Part shown: positions 48,560-58,954 of the stretch, piece after piece
How positions within the stretch are numbered: position 1 is the first letter of the stretch
How the letters are laid out: every line of letters begins with the position of its first letter
Source of the DNA: a virus
Reading direction: 5' to 3' (one strand)
IMG/VR virus record: IMGVR_UViG_3300005613_000024
Location: 1-64,000 of that record
Length of the DNA: 64,000 nucleotides
Translations under genes and position numbers: made by a program
The notes under the pieces: model-generated
What the model saw: only the letters and a program-made list of their open reading frames with translations
Databases searched by the model: none
Told to the model about the DNA's origin: nothing

Positions 48560-49667
48560 ATTATTAAAAATACACATAAAATGTTTTCAGAAACATAAAG
48601 ATTTAACTCTAAATTTTTCTGAAAATATTAATGTTATCTCTGGACTTACAGATACAGGCAAAAGCTGTTGTTTTAGAGCAATTTCATGGCTTTATAATTG
48701 CTGTAATATGAGTGAATCTGATTACAGAACCGAAGGAACAAAAGAAACATCTGTGAAAGGATGGTTGAATAATGGCTTTCAAGTAGAAAGAATTCGCTCT
48801 AATTCAATAAATAGATATATTCTTTCAAAAGAAGGAACAGAAGATAAAGTATTTGATTCTTTTGGTAAAGTTGTTCCTGAAGAAATAGCTAAAGTATTTG
48901 AATTTTCTACTATTGATATAGATAATGAAAGCATTAATTTAAATTTCGCTAATCAAGACCAATTAAATTTTATTTTAGATGAAAAATATTCTGATGGATT
49001 TAAGGCTAAATTATTTAATAAGCTCACTGGAAATGAATTGCTTGATAAAATCTTTAAACAATTAAATAAAGAAAGTTTAAGATTTGTCAGAGAAATTAGA
49101 GATACTGAAGAAAATGTAAAAAAACAAGAAGAGCAACTAGCTGAATATTCTCAAAAGTACAAAGCATTAAAAAAGAAACTTAATTTAGTTAAAACTAAAT
49201 ACGAAGACATATTAGCTCAAAGAGAAATTTATGAACATTTAAAAGAGCTAAGTGATAAAATTACGAGTAATAAAGAAAATAAAAAAGCCCTTGATTCTAA
49301 AATAGCAAAAATCAAGATTGTTAGTGAAGAGAAAATAGAAGAGCTATCAGAAAAAGCCAAAGAACTAAAACAGATTCAAAATCTTGCTCATGATTTAGAG
49401 TCAACGAATAATGCTTTAGAATCAATTGAGAAACAAAAAAACAATATAAAAATTGTAGAATTTAATGAAAAACAGCTTATAAGTTATAATGAAACGCTTC
49501 AAAAACTGAATCAATTAAATGAACAATTAGATTTAAATACAGAAAAAGACCAAACAATCGCAATAGATAAAAAAATGATTAAAGATAAATTAAAAGATTT
49601 AGAACAGGAATTAAAGAAAATTTGGGATGAACAGAGAGTTTGTCCGTTATGTGGTAAGGAGAAATAA
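48552..49667 (+). CDS. SbcC/Rad50-like ATPase, N-terminal half
   Basis: FQKH, GLTDTGKS (Walker A), Q-loop FANQ, long coiled coil, terminal CPLCG hook; no Walker B. Confidence 0.85.
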   Translation: MHKLLKIHIKCFQKHKDLTLNFSENINVISGLTDTGKSCCFRAISWLYNCCNMSESDYRTEGTKETSVKGWLNNGFQVERIRSNSINRYILSKEGTEDKVFDSFGKVVPEEIAKVFEFSTIDIDNESINLNFANQDQLNFILDEKYSDGFKAKLFNKLTGNELLDKIFKQLNKESLRFVREIRDTEENVKKQEEQLAEYSQKYKALKKKLNLVKTKYEDILAQREIYEHLKELSDKITSNKENKKALDSKIAKIKIVSEEKIEELSEKAKELKQIQNLAHDLESTNNALESIEKQKNNIKIVEFNEKQLISYNETLQKLNQLNEQLDLNTEKDQTIAIDKKMIKDKLKDLEQELKKIWDEQRVCPLCGKEK

Positions 49668-50072
49668 ATGAAAATAATTTTTTCTAAAGAACATGAAGAT
49701 TTAATGAATAAATTAGATGATATATCTTTAATGTATTATAATTTATTTCAAAACGATAAAATATCGCAATTAGAATATATGCATACAAAAGATAGCATTA
49801 CAAATTTAAAAGTTCGATTAGCAGAAATAGCAATTCCCGAAAGACTTATTTTAAATAATAATTCTACAATAGAAGGAAAAAATGAAATATAAAATAACAA
49901 TTGATAGATGGTCAGGAACAGAAGAGACTTCTAAAGAAAATTGGAAAGATTTAATCTCTGCTTTAGTTCTCTGTGGTTTTGAAGTGTATGGCGATGAAGG
50001 AAAAATTGTATTTGAAACTGGAGATGGAGAAATAGTGGAGAAAATAAAAGATAATGATGGGAGTTTAGACTA

Positions 50073-51014
50073 ATGCGTTTTATCTATTTTCAGGATTTTC
50101 ACATTCAAGGAAAAAATAGTTGCAATCGCTTAGGCAATTATTTCGAAGATTGTTTAGCTAAATTTGATGAGATAATCTCTATTGCTCAAGAAAATGATTG
50201 TGATTTTATTATAGATGGCGGAGATTTATTTGAATCGAATAAACCCTCTTATAGTGTATTAGATGCAATCGCAGATAGAATTGAAAAAGTTAAAATCGAC
50301 CTTTATTCTTTATTTGGTAATCATGCTCTTTCTTATGGTCATATAGAAAATAAAGAAGGAACTGGATTAGCTCATTTACAAAAACGTAGTAATTATTTTA
50401 AATATTTAGATAGAAAAAAGTATTTAGGTAATCAGTTTAAAAAATATGATGTAAGAACAATAGAATATAGTTTTCAAATTGAAGAAGAATTAAAACAAAA
50501 AGAAATTATTTTCGAAGACAAAGATGCTTGGAATATCTTGATAATTCATGCTCTTGTTACTCCAGATAAATTTTTTGATAACGCTTCTTATATTGAAGTT
50601 AAAGACTTAAAGACAAATGCTAATCTTGTACTTTTGGCTCACTATCATCATCCATTTAAAAAAGAAATAAATGATACTACATTGTTAAATATTGGTTGTG
50701 TTGGTAGAGCAAATATTAATGAAGCAAAAATAGAACCTTCAGTTTTAATTTTAGATACAGAGAAAAGAAGTTATGAAATCATTAAATTAAAGTCATCGAA
50801 AAGAGCGAATGAAATTTTTGACTTAACAAAATACGAAGAATTGAAGGCAAATAAGAAAGATATAAAAGAATTTTTAAATAGTTTAAGAGATATAAATTTT
50901 CAATCTATGGACTTGAGTCAACAAATTGTTAAAATAGGGAAAGAACAAAAAGTAGATGAAAAGATTACGAATTATATTTTAGAAATAGTGGAGAAAATAA
51001 AAGATGACAAATAA
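50073..51014 (+). CDS. SbcD/Mre11-like nuclease
   Basis: QDFHI, GGDLF, GNHA, IIH, AHYH, NIGC.GR. Confidence 0.85.
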   Translation: MRFIYFQDFHIQGKNSCNRLGNYFEDCLAKFDEIISIAQENDCDFIIDGGDLFESNKPSYSVLDAIADRIEKVKIDLYSLFGNHALSYGHIENKEGTGLAHLQKRSNYFKYLDRKKYLGNQFKKYDVRTIEYSFQIEEELKQKEIIFEDKDAWNILIIHALVTPDKFFDNASYIEVKDLKTNANLVLLAHYHHPFKKEINDTTLLNIGCVGRANINEAKIEPSVLILDTEKRSYEIIKLKSSKRANEIFDLTKYEELKANKKDIKEFLNSLRDINFQSMDLSQQIVKIGKEQKVDEKITNYILEIVEKIKDDK

Positions 51015-51437
51015 TGTTAGAAAATGTCCTCACTGCAATAAATGTTTCATAGATAATGATAATATAACGTGTCCTTTTTGTGAAAGAAGTTTAAATGAAT
51101 TACCAGATATATTTAATCAAATATTTGGAGAAAATATTAAAACGTTTAATCCAATGGATAACAATAATGAAAGATTATAAAGATTATGATAAATATTTTA
51201 TCTGTGAATGTGATTATGAATTTTTAAGAGTTGAAAAATTTAAAGATGAACCTCAAATTTATTTCTCTAAATATAGAACAGATATATCAGAATTAAGTTT
51301 ATGGGAAAGAATAAAATTAAGTATTAGTTTTATTTTCAAACCAGAAAAATATGATATTCATGGTGGTATTATTCTTTCAATAGAAAATGCTATACGTTTA
51401 GCAAATTCTCTAAAAATTATGACTAAGGAGAAAACTA

Positions 51438-51665
51438 ATGAATTACGTTCAAAAAATACAAAGTCTAAAAGAAAAAATACAAGAAAATAAAGAAGAGTTA
51501 ATAAGACTAAATGAAAAAGCAAAAAATCTAAAAGAAGATAAAGAAAAAATTGTTGTAGAATTAAAAGAATTAAATGTTGCTGAAGAAGACTTAGAAGATA
51601 AGATTGAAGAAATGAATAAAGAATTAATAAATAAAATAGCAGAAATAGAGAAGGATTTGGAATGA
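51438..51665 (+). CDS. Small coiled-coil protein
   Basis: Heptad pattern throughout; AAGGAG RBS; lies inside the split sbcC locus. Confidence 0.65.
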   Translation: MNYVQKIQSLKEKIQENKEELIRLNEKAKNLKEDKEKIVVELKELNVAEEDLEDKIEEMNKELINKIAEIEKDLE

Positions 51666-51809
51666 AAAGCAATGATAGAAAAATACATAAATTTATAGAA
51701 GTTGGTTATGGCTGGACTGCCGAAATTTATGCATCTGTAAATGATTTTACTGGTGAAGTGAATTTTGAAGATGTAATTTTATCAAATCCAAAATTTCATA
51801 ACAAAGAAA

Positions 51810-52526
51810 ATGAATCTAACTAATTTAGAAAACTCAATTAAATCTTTAGAAGAAAAAGTAAATTCATTAAAGGGGAAAGTGTCTCTTTTAGAGGAACAAT
51901 ATCAACAATCAACAGAAAAGCTTTCTTCTTTAAAAGAGAATCAAATTATTAATACTAAAGCAATAGAATTGCTTAAATGTGTTCAAAAAGCAACAAAAGA
52001 ATTGATTCAAGAAACATTTGAAGGGATAGCAAGCAAAGCATTGGAATATATTCATCAAAATAGCGATTATAAATTTGCTTTAGAATTTGATGAGCGAGGA
52101 AATAAACCCACTTTAAAATTTTTGATTAAGACTCCTGATATGCAAGAATCTCACGAAATTATCAATACAAGAGCAGGAGGGTCAAAGGATATTGTAGCAT
52201 TGGCTTTAAGATTAATTCTATTAGAGGCGTCATATAATAAAGGATTTCTCTTTTTAGATGAACCATACAAGAGACTTGACAATGAAGAAACAATTACAAA
52301 AGCAATAGAATTTATTAAAGAAACACAAAAAGATACAGGTCGTCAAATATTTATTATAACTCATAAAGATGAAGTAGTAAATAGTGTAGAGCAACCTATA
52401 ATTTTATCTAATAAAATGTCCTATCAAAATAAATGTACACAAAAAAAGGGACATTTAAAAACAGAGAACATTAAACCAAAAAAGAAAAGAGGAAGACCTA
52501 AAAAGGAGAAAAGAACAAATGTTTAA
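51810..52526 (+). CDS. SbcC/Rad50-like ATPase, C-terminal half, with AT-hook tail
   Basis: Coiled coil, signature-like RAGGSK, Walker B FLFLDEP, H-loop IITH, tail KKRGRPKK. Confidence 0.85.
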   Translation: MNLTNLENSIKSLEEKVNSLKGKVSLLEEQYQQSTEKLSSLKENQIINTKAIELLKCVQKATKELIQETFEGIASKALEYIHQNSDYKFALEFDERGNKPTLKFLIKTPDMQESHEIINTRAGGSKDIVALALRLILLEASYNKGFLFLDEPYKRLDNEETITKAIEFIKETQKDTGRQIFIITHKDEVVNSVEQPIILSNKMSYQNKCTQKKGHLKTENIKPKKKRGRPKKEKRTNV

Positions 52527-52860
52527 AAAATTGAAAGCTAAAATTGCACAAAGAAATCAACTTAAAAAAATGCAGAAGTATTATAAGATTTTACAATCTG
52601 GAGCATTGTTTATTGATTTTATTCGTAAAGACCTGAAAGAAAAGAAAAATGCTATGAATCGCCATCAAAGACGAAGATTCGAAAAGACTCTTATGAAAGG
52701 CGATTTAACTCCAGAAATTATAAATCATTATTCTCATCGAGTTGATGCAATTTTAAAATCAATAAATGCTCAATTGAATCCTCCTAAAAAGAAAAAAGAA
52801 ATAGATGGGAAAAAATTCTATGATACATTAAAGAAACAAGAAAAAAAGGAGAAAAAGTAA
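52519..52860 (+). CDS. Hypothetical basic protein
   Basis: MNRHQRR motif; AAGGAG RBS. Confidence 0.55.
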   Translation: MFKKLKAKIAQRNQLKKMQKYYKILQSGALFIDFIRKDLKEKKNAMNRHQRRRFEKTLMKGDLTPEIINHYSHRVDAILKSINAQLNPPKKKKEIDGKKFYDTLKKQEKKEKK

Positions 52861-53169
52861 TGAATATAGATTTGAAATATAAAATTGGAGATGTTCTTTA
52901 TCATGTTAGAGATGTGAATGTAGGTAAAATTGTAGTAGATTCTATTGTTATTAAAGATACAGGAAAAAAGAAAGAAGTAACATATAATGTATATGGTTAC
53001 AGACATAAGAATGATGAAAGAAAAAAAATAGTTCCTGTAAATGTTTCTTGTTTAGTTAAAGATTTAACAACTGCTAAACAAAGTGCCTTATTGAATCTTG
53101 AAAATTTGGTAACTGAAGCAAGAAGAAATATTAAAAATATAACAGAAGAAACTTTTGAACCACCTAAAA

Positions 53170-54012
53170 ATGATACCTAAGCGAATTATAATTGTAGCCA
53201 GTGGTTATTCTATTAGAGAAAATTTATGGAATGTTTCTATAGATAAATTGCCTATTTGGAATGCTATCAAAGATGAATTTAAATTGGCATGTAATTGGTC
53301 TTACAAATGGGCTGATGCTGATATAATGACATATTCAGATTATCAGATGTATGAAACTAAAAGAGAGAATCTGAAGAACTTGCCAATTATTGTTGGAGCA
53401 ACAGATGGTCATTATTTTCGTAAAGAAACAAAACCGATAGAAAATAATACATATTTATTTCCTGCTTGTAAAGGAATTAAACATTCTAAATATGGAACTG
53501 TTGGAGGATATTGGGATAAAGAAGGATGGTCAAAGGGATTATATACGAGACAATTAGTAGGTATTCAGGCAATCAGTCTTGCTATTCTTTTAGGATGTAC
53601 TGAATTATTTCTGTTGGGCTATGACGCTTGCTGTGACGAACAAGGAAGAACTCATTTTTATCAAGATGATAAACAAACTGGAATTTATAAATGGAATAAT
53701 CACGAACACAATGGTATGGGGAAAGATGAAAGAGGGAATTATCGTTCTGGTAATTATAACAAAATCGAAGAATTAAATAATTTTTGGTTTAAACCATTTG
53801 AAAAAGAATTACAAAACGGAATACAAATTTATAACGTATCTCTTGATAGCAAAATAGATACATTTCCAAAAATAAGTTATAAAGAATTTTATAAGAGATT
53901 AAAGGATAATCTTATAGGAGTCAATCATGAAGAATTGCAAAAAGAAATCAAAAAAACCTTTCGTATGCAAAAATTGTTTACGAGAAGTACCAAAAAAGAA
54001 AATGTTAATTAA
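53170..54012 (+). CDS. Maf/DUF115/sialyltransferase-like Rossmann-fold glycosyltransferase
   Basis: IIVASGYS...CN...D...AISLAILLGCTELFLLGYD..HFY. Confidence 0.65.
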   Translation: MIPKRIIIVASGYSIRENLWNVSIDKLPIWNAIKDEFKLACNWSYKWADADIMTYSDYQMYETKRENLKNLPIIVGATDGHYFRKETKPIENNTYLFPACKGIKHSKYGTVGGYWDKEGWSKGLYTRQLVGIQAISLAILLGCTELFLLGYDACCDEQGRTHFYQDDKQTGIYKWNNHEHNGMGKDERGNYRSGNYNKIEELNNFWFKPFEKELQNGIQIYNVSLDSKIDTFPKISYKEFYKRLKDNLIGVNHEELQKEIKKTFRMQKLFTRSTKKENVN

Positions 54013-54148
54013 AAATAAATGTGTTTGGTGTTCGGAAGAATATTATAGAAAATGATTTTATTTTGTCAAATAGTTATTTTTAGTAGTATAGGTATGATAC
54101 TTGGAGTATTATATAGTATTCATTTAATTTTTAAAAAGGTAAAAAGAA

Positions 54149-54538
54149 ATGATAAAGAGTAAAAAAGTTTGGGGAATATTAGACAATATCTTTTTTAATA
54201 GTAAATGCAAGGTTGATGTTCTTTATCTGGATAAAAATACAGGATGCAGTATTCATTTTCATGATAAAAAGGTCAATCGTTTTTATTTAATTAAAGGATT
54301 GGTTAAATTAAAGACTGATTTAGGAGAAAGAATATTAAAACCTTACGAAACCTTTGATATATATCCACCAATAACACATCAATTTATTGCCTTAGAGGAT
54401 TCTATACTAATAGAAATTGCCTTTGTTGATAAGGGGAAGCTCAAAGAAGAAGATATTACTCGCAAGATTCAAGGTGGGAAATTTATAAAGGGAAAATTTT
54501 ATACTTTAAACGAATTAAAAAACAATAATTGGAAATAA
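54149..54538 (+). CDS. Cupin (sugar isomerase-like)
   Basis: KVWG, CSIHFH.KK.N.F, HQF...IEI. Confidence 0.75.
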   Translation: MIKSKKVWGILDNIFFNSKCKVDVLYLDKNTGCSIHFHDKKVNRFYLIKGLVKLKTDLGERILKPYETFDIYPPITHQFIALEDSILIEIAFVDKGKLKEEDITRKIQGGKFIKGKFYTLNELKNNNWK

Positions 54539-54542
54539 AATC

Positions 54543-56882
54543 ATGAATAATACTATTTCTTTTATCAGTCCAGACGTTGAACATAGATATATTAGAAAAT
54601 TAGGTGAAGAATTTTTAGATATAGAATTTACTAAAAATTACGAAACAATAAGAAATTCCTCTAAGCCCATGATTATTTGGAATCCTTATGGCTATCTTGC
54701 TCATAAAAAAGAAACATATCGAAAAAAATATGAACTATATAAAGAAATGCTTGAAAAAAAGAAAGATGTATATATTGTCGAAAGAGGAGCTTTACCAAAT
54801 ACAATCTTTATTGAAAAAAATTATTTTAATGTTGAAAGTAATTCTTACAATGAAGAAAGATGGAATCACGAATTAACAGTAGAGCAAAATAATAAAGTAG
54901 AAAACTATATCAATTGGTTACGATATGAAGAGCATACATTAGAACCTCAACAGTCCTCAAGAGTAAATAATTCTGAGGATTTTTTTAATGAATTAAATGT
55001 TGATAAAGAAAAATATGAACAAGTTGTTTTTGTTCCGCTTCAAATGCATAATGATACAGTTACTCTTTTATGGTGCGATTGGGTAGGTGACACTTCTCAA
55101 TTTCAAAGATATATAGATTATCTTGCTAAATTAACTCCCAAAGTATTATTTCTTATTAAAAATCATCCATGTGAAGAAGATAATTTTAAAACTATTAAAG
55201 AAACAACCAATTTAAAAATAGTAGATAGCTTTCATTATAAGGATTGTATTGAGTTTTGCGATAAAGTTATAACAATTAATTCTGGAATAGGACTTCAGGC
55301 AATGTGTTGGAATAAACCTGTTGCAGTATGTGGAAAAGCTTTCTATCGATTCGAAGATATTAACTTAAAAATTGACAATTTCGCTGAGTTAGTGAAATTT
55401 GTTGAATTCAAATGGTCAATAAATTGCGAAAAAATTAAACGATTTATTTATTATTTAATTAATGAATTTTATACTGAGTGTACAATGCAGAAAATTTCAA
55501 GAAATGCATCAGTTCCAACTTTAATTAAAACAGTTCGATTACCAAAAGAATGTTATATTGAACAAGAAAGAAAAAAAGAAAAAGTTAAGATTCTTTATTT
55601 ATTTAACGAATATGGATGGGCATTTGAATTTGAAGCTAGAAATTATCAAAAACATAGTAAACACGAAATAGTTTCTTTTCACTACAATCCTCTCAACTTT
55701 GATTTACATAAAAATGATTTAAAAAGAATTTTAAGAGAAAAACCAGATATTGTAGTTATACCTTCTGCTTGGCATTATTACAAAATTGCCAGAAATTATA
55801 TTGAAAATTTAGTTAATGAAGGAATTAAAATTGTTGTGCAAATAAATTCTCATTACGAGATAAAATATTTCTGCAAATATGCTAATTTAATAATGTGTAG
55901 TAGTCAAAAATTATATAATATATTAAAAGAAAAATATAATTATGACAATATAATAAAGCAACATCATTTTGTAGATACTGAAAGATTTGTTAATTTAGGG
56001 ATAAATAAAAATTATTTATTGGGTTGGGCTGGTCGATTTGATAATCCAGTTAAAAGAACAAATATTTTATTAAAATTAGGTTATCCTATTCTGATAAAAG
56101 GAAATTATCATTCTTTTTTAAATGCGAGTCGCTCTCATGACGAAATGTTAGATTTTTATAATAAAATTGATATTCTTTTAATAACTAGCGAACATGAAGG
56201 AAGTCCTTATCCATTATTAGAAGCCATGAGTTGTGGTAAAATTGTTTTAAGTACAGATGTTGGAATTGCTTCTGAAGTATTAGAAAAAGAATGCATCATC
56301 AAGACTACTAAAGAAGAAGACATTATAAAAGAATTTCAGAAGAAAATTGAATGGCTGTATAGTAATTCTAATCTTATACAAGAAATGGGACAAAGAAATT
56401 GGCAATACATTCAAAAGAATTTGGCTTGGAATAATCAATGCGAAAGATTGGATAAAATTTACAATGACTTATACTCGATAAAGAACAAACCAACGAACAA
56501 AATGATTTATGGAGATGCTACTTTTAGAGATTTATTAATTTATTTATTAGACCAAAATATTGATTTTTGGTTGATTAATGATAGTTGTTTAGATGCTATC
56601 AGATTTTGCAATTTAAAATTGCAACCAAATACATTACAATTAGCATCTACAAAAGATAAATTATTGATTATTAAACAATTATTACTTTCAAAAAACTGGA
56701 AAGAAGAAGGAAAAAATGTTTTATATAAATATAATCAAAGAATAAAGCTTTATGAAGAAGAAAAAAGAAAAACTAAAATAATGACTCTCTTTGGATTAGA
56801 CGTACAAGTTCCTTATCCAGTAATGGGATATTTAAGAGATATTTTTGGACAAGATTGGAGGAATTATGGAAACAGTAAATAA
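54543..56882 (+). CDS. Multidomain glycosyltransferase: KpsS/KpsC-like domain plus GT4 plus C-terminal extra domain
   Basis: VERGALP, FVPLQ..ND, KNHP, TINSGIG; then GWAG, S.HEGSPYPLLEAMSCG, STDVG. Confidence 0.82.
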   Translation: MNNTISFISPDVEHRYIRKLGEEFLDIEFTKNYETIRNSSKPMIIWNPYGYLAHKKETYRKKYELYKEMLEKKKDVYIVERGALPNTIFIEKNYFNVESNSYNEERWNHELTVEQNNKVENYINWLRYEEHTLEPQQSSRVNNSEDFFNELNVDKEKYEQVVFVPLQMHNDTVTLLWCDWVGDTSQFQRYIDYLAKLTPKVLFLIKNHPCEEDNFKTIKETTNLKIVDSFHYKDCIEFCDKVITINSGIGLQAMCWNKPVAVCGKAFYRFEDINLKIDNFAELVKFVEFKWSINCEKIKRFIYYLINEFYTECTMQKISRNASVPTLIKTVRLPKECYIEQERKKEKVKILYLFNEYGWAFEFEARNYQKHSKHEIVSFHYNPLNFDLHKNDLKRILREKPDIVVIPSAWHYYKIARNYIENLVNEGIKIVVQINSHYEIKYFCKYANLIMCSSQKLYNILKEKYNYDNIIKQHHFVDTERFVNLGINKNYLLGWAGRFDNPVKRTNILLKLGYPILIKGNYHSFLNASRSHDEMLDFYNKIDILLITSEHEGSPYPLLEAMSCGKIVLSTDVGIASEVLEKECIIKTTKEEDIIKEFQKKIEWLYSNSNLIQEMGQRNWQYIQKNLAWNNQCERLDKIYNDLYSIKNKPTNKMIYGDATFRDLLIYLLDQNIDFWLINDSCLDAIRFCNLKLQPNTLQLASTKDKLLIIKQLLLSKNWKEEGKNVLYKYNQRIKLYEEEKRKTKIMTLFGLDVQVPYPVMGYLRDIFGQDWRNYGNSK

Positions 56883-57261
56883 GATGTGGGGTAAAGAAGA
56901 AATCATAGAGAATAACAAAAAATATTGTTTAAAATTTCTTCTTTTTACTTGCAGATGGATGAATTCTTGGCATTTTCATTACGAAAAAGATGAAACATTC
57001 TACGTGCAAGAAGGAATATTTTATGTAAGAACATTGAATAACGAAACATTAGAAGCAAAAGAAGGTTTGTTATATCCTGGAGATAGTATTCGAATCAAAC
57101 CAAAAACATTTCATAGACTCTGTGGATTAAATTATTATAATAAAATAATCGAAGTGTCTACTTCTTTTAAAAAAAATGATGTTAAAAGATTTGAAATGGG
57201 AAGAGAAGTGTATGGAGTTGAAGAATGTGAATTAAGAAAAAAGGAGAGATATTTAAAATGA
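56866..57261 (+). CDS. Cupin (sugar isomerase-like), paralog of 54149
   Basis: KMWGKE, SWHFH.EKDETFYV, HRL, IEVST. Confidence 0.8.
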   Translation: METVNKMWGKEEIIENNKKYCLKFLLFTCRWMNSWHFHYEKDETFYVQEGIFYVRTLNNETLEAKEGLLYPGDSIRIKPKTFHRLCGLNYYNKIIEVSTSFKKNDVKRFEMGREVYGVEECELRKKERYLK

Positions 57262-58244
57262 AAACAGCACTCGTTTGTGGAGCTACAGGCTTCATCGGAA
57301 ATAATTTAGTTACTCGTTTAAAAAAAGAAGGATATTATATAATTGGTGCTGATATTCAACCAGAAAGATATAAAAAATTTGATGGAGATAGATTTATTCA
57401 ATTAGATTTAAGAAAACAGTCTTCATGGGCTTTTTTGTTTGAGAGTTACAAATTTGACGAAATCTATCAACTTGCGGCAGATATGGGTGGGGCGGGATTT
57501 GTATTTACTGGTAATAATGATGCAGAGATTATGCACAATTCTGCCTTAATTAATTTAAATCTTTTAAGCTTTGTTGATTATTTAAAAGAAAATAAAACTA
57601 AAATATTTTATTCAAGTTCTGCATGTATGTATCCAGAATTTAATCAAACTGATTCAAATAATCCTAACTGTAAAGAAGATTCTGCTTATCCAGCACAACC
57701 TGATTCTGAATATGGATGGGAAAAGTTATTTAGTGAAAGACTATATTTAGCATTTAAGAGAAATTATAAGTTAGATATTAGAATTGCTCGTTTTCATAAT
57801 ATTTTTGGGATGTTTGGTTCGTGGAAAGATGGTAGAGAAAAAGCTCCTGCGGCATTTTGTAGAAAAATAGCAGAAGCTAAAATGAAAAATTCTCAAGAAA
57901 TAGAATGTTGGGGAGACGGGAATCAAACTCGTTCATTTCTCTATATAGATGAATGTTTAGAAGGAATTAGAAGATTAATGAACTCTGATTTTTCAGAGCC
58001 AGTTAATATTGGTTCTGAAGAAATGGTAACAATTAATGAAATGATTGAAATGATACAAATGATTGCAGATTATAAAATTAAAGTAAAACATATTTCTGGG
58101 CCTTTAGGTGTTAGAGGAAGAAATTCAGATAATACATTAATTCAAGAAGAATTAAATTGGCAACCAAATTATTCATTATATAAAGGATTATCAAAAACAT
58201 ATAATTGGATAGAACAACAGATTAAAAAGGATTTAAATAAATGA
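57258..58244 (+). CDS. GDP-mannose 3,5-epimerase-like extended SDR
   Basis: GATGFIG, YQLAADMGGAGF, YSSSACMYP, PDSEYGWEKL, RFHNIFG, GREKAPAAFCRK, GPLGVRGRNSDN. Confidence 0.9.
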   Translation: MKTALVCGATGFIGNNLVTRLKKEGYYIIGADIQPERYKKFDGDRFIQLDLRKQSSWAFLFESYKFDEIYQLAADMGGAGFVFTGNNDAEIMHNSALINLNLLSFVDYLKENKTKIFYSSSACMYPEFNQTDSNNPNCKEDSAYPAQPDSEYGWEKLFSERLYLAFKRNYKLDIRIARFHNIFGMFGSWKDGREKAPAAFCRKIAEAKMKNSQEIECWGDGNQTRSFLYIDECLEGIRRLMNSDFSEPVNIGSEEMVTINEMIEMIQMIADYKIKVKHISGPLGVRGRNSDNTLIQEELNWQPNYSLYKGLSKTYNWIEQQIKKDLNK

Positions 58245-58954
58245 GAAGTCTATTAAAATATGCCATCAATTATTATTCTCAAGCAGGAGAGGATGGGATT
58301 CTTGAAGAGATTTTTAAAAGATTAAAAATTGATAAGAATTTCTATGTTGATGTTGGTTCTCATAACGGAACTTTTATGAGCAATACTCAATATCTAAGAG
58401 AGAAAAATTGGGATGGTCTATGTCTTGAATATTCTATGAATCATTTTTCTGAATTACAGAAAGTATGTAAAAAATACAATACAAATGAACAAAAAACTTA
58501 TTGTGAGCGAATAAAAATAACAGAAACTAATCTTGAAGAAATTTTAGATAGATACGAAGTATCAAAAGAGTTTTGTTATTTAGATATAGATATAGATAGC
58601 TATAATTATTATGTATGGAAAAATTTAAAGAAATATAGACCTAAAGTAGTTCAAATGGAGATAAGAGAATCTATTCCGTTAGGAGTAGAACAAATCAATG
58701 ATAAAGACCATTGGCTTACAAGTTTTACGAGCATGTTGAAAATGGGAATAGAAAAAAACTATACTCTTGTTGCGTACACTGGTTTAAATATGATTTTTGT
58801 CAGAAACGATTTAAATTACATTGTTCCAAAAGAAGAAAGAGAAAATCCTAATGTCGAACTCTACTTTCATAATAAAAAATTAAGAGAATACAGACAACTG
58901 GTAAATGAAAAATCAGAAATTCAAAAACAACTAGAAAGAACTCTTTATGCTTAA
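58241..58954 (+). CDS. FkbM-like SAM methyltransferase
   Basis: YSQAGEDG, VDVGS.NG..SNT, LDIDIDS, RPKVV.ME, NMIFV. Confidence 0.82.
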   Translation: MRSLLKYAINYYSQAGEDGILEEIFKRLKIDKNFYVDVGSHNGTFMSNTQYLREKNWDGLCLEYSMNHFSELQKVCKKYNTNEQKTYCERIKITETNLEEILDRYEVSKEFCYLDIDIDSYNYYVWKNLKKYRPKVVQMEIRESIPLGVEQINDKDHWLTSFTSMLKMGIEKNYTLVAYTGLNMIFVRNDLNYIVPKEERENPNVELYFHNKKLREYRQLVNEKSEIQKQLERTLYA

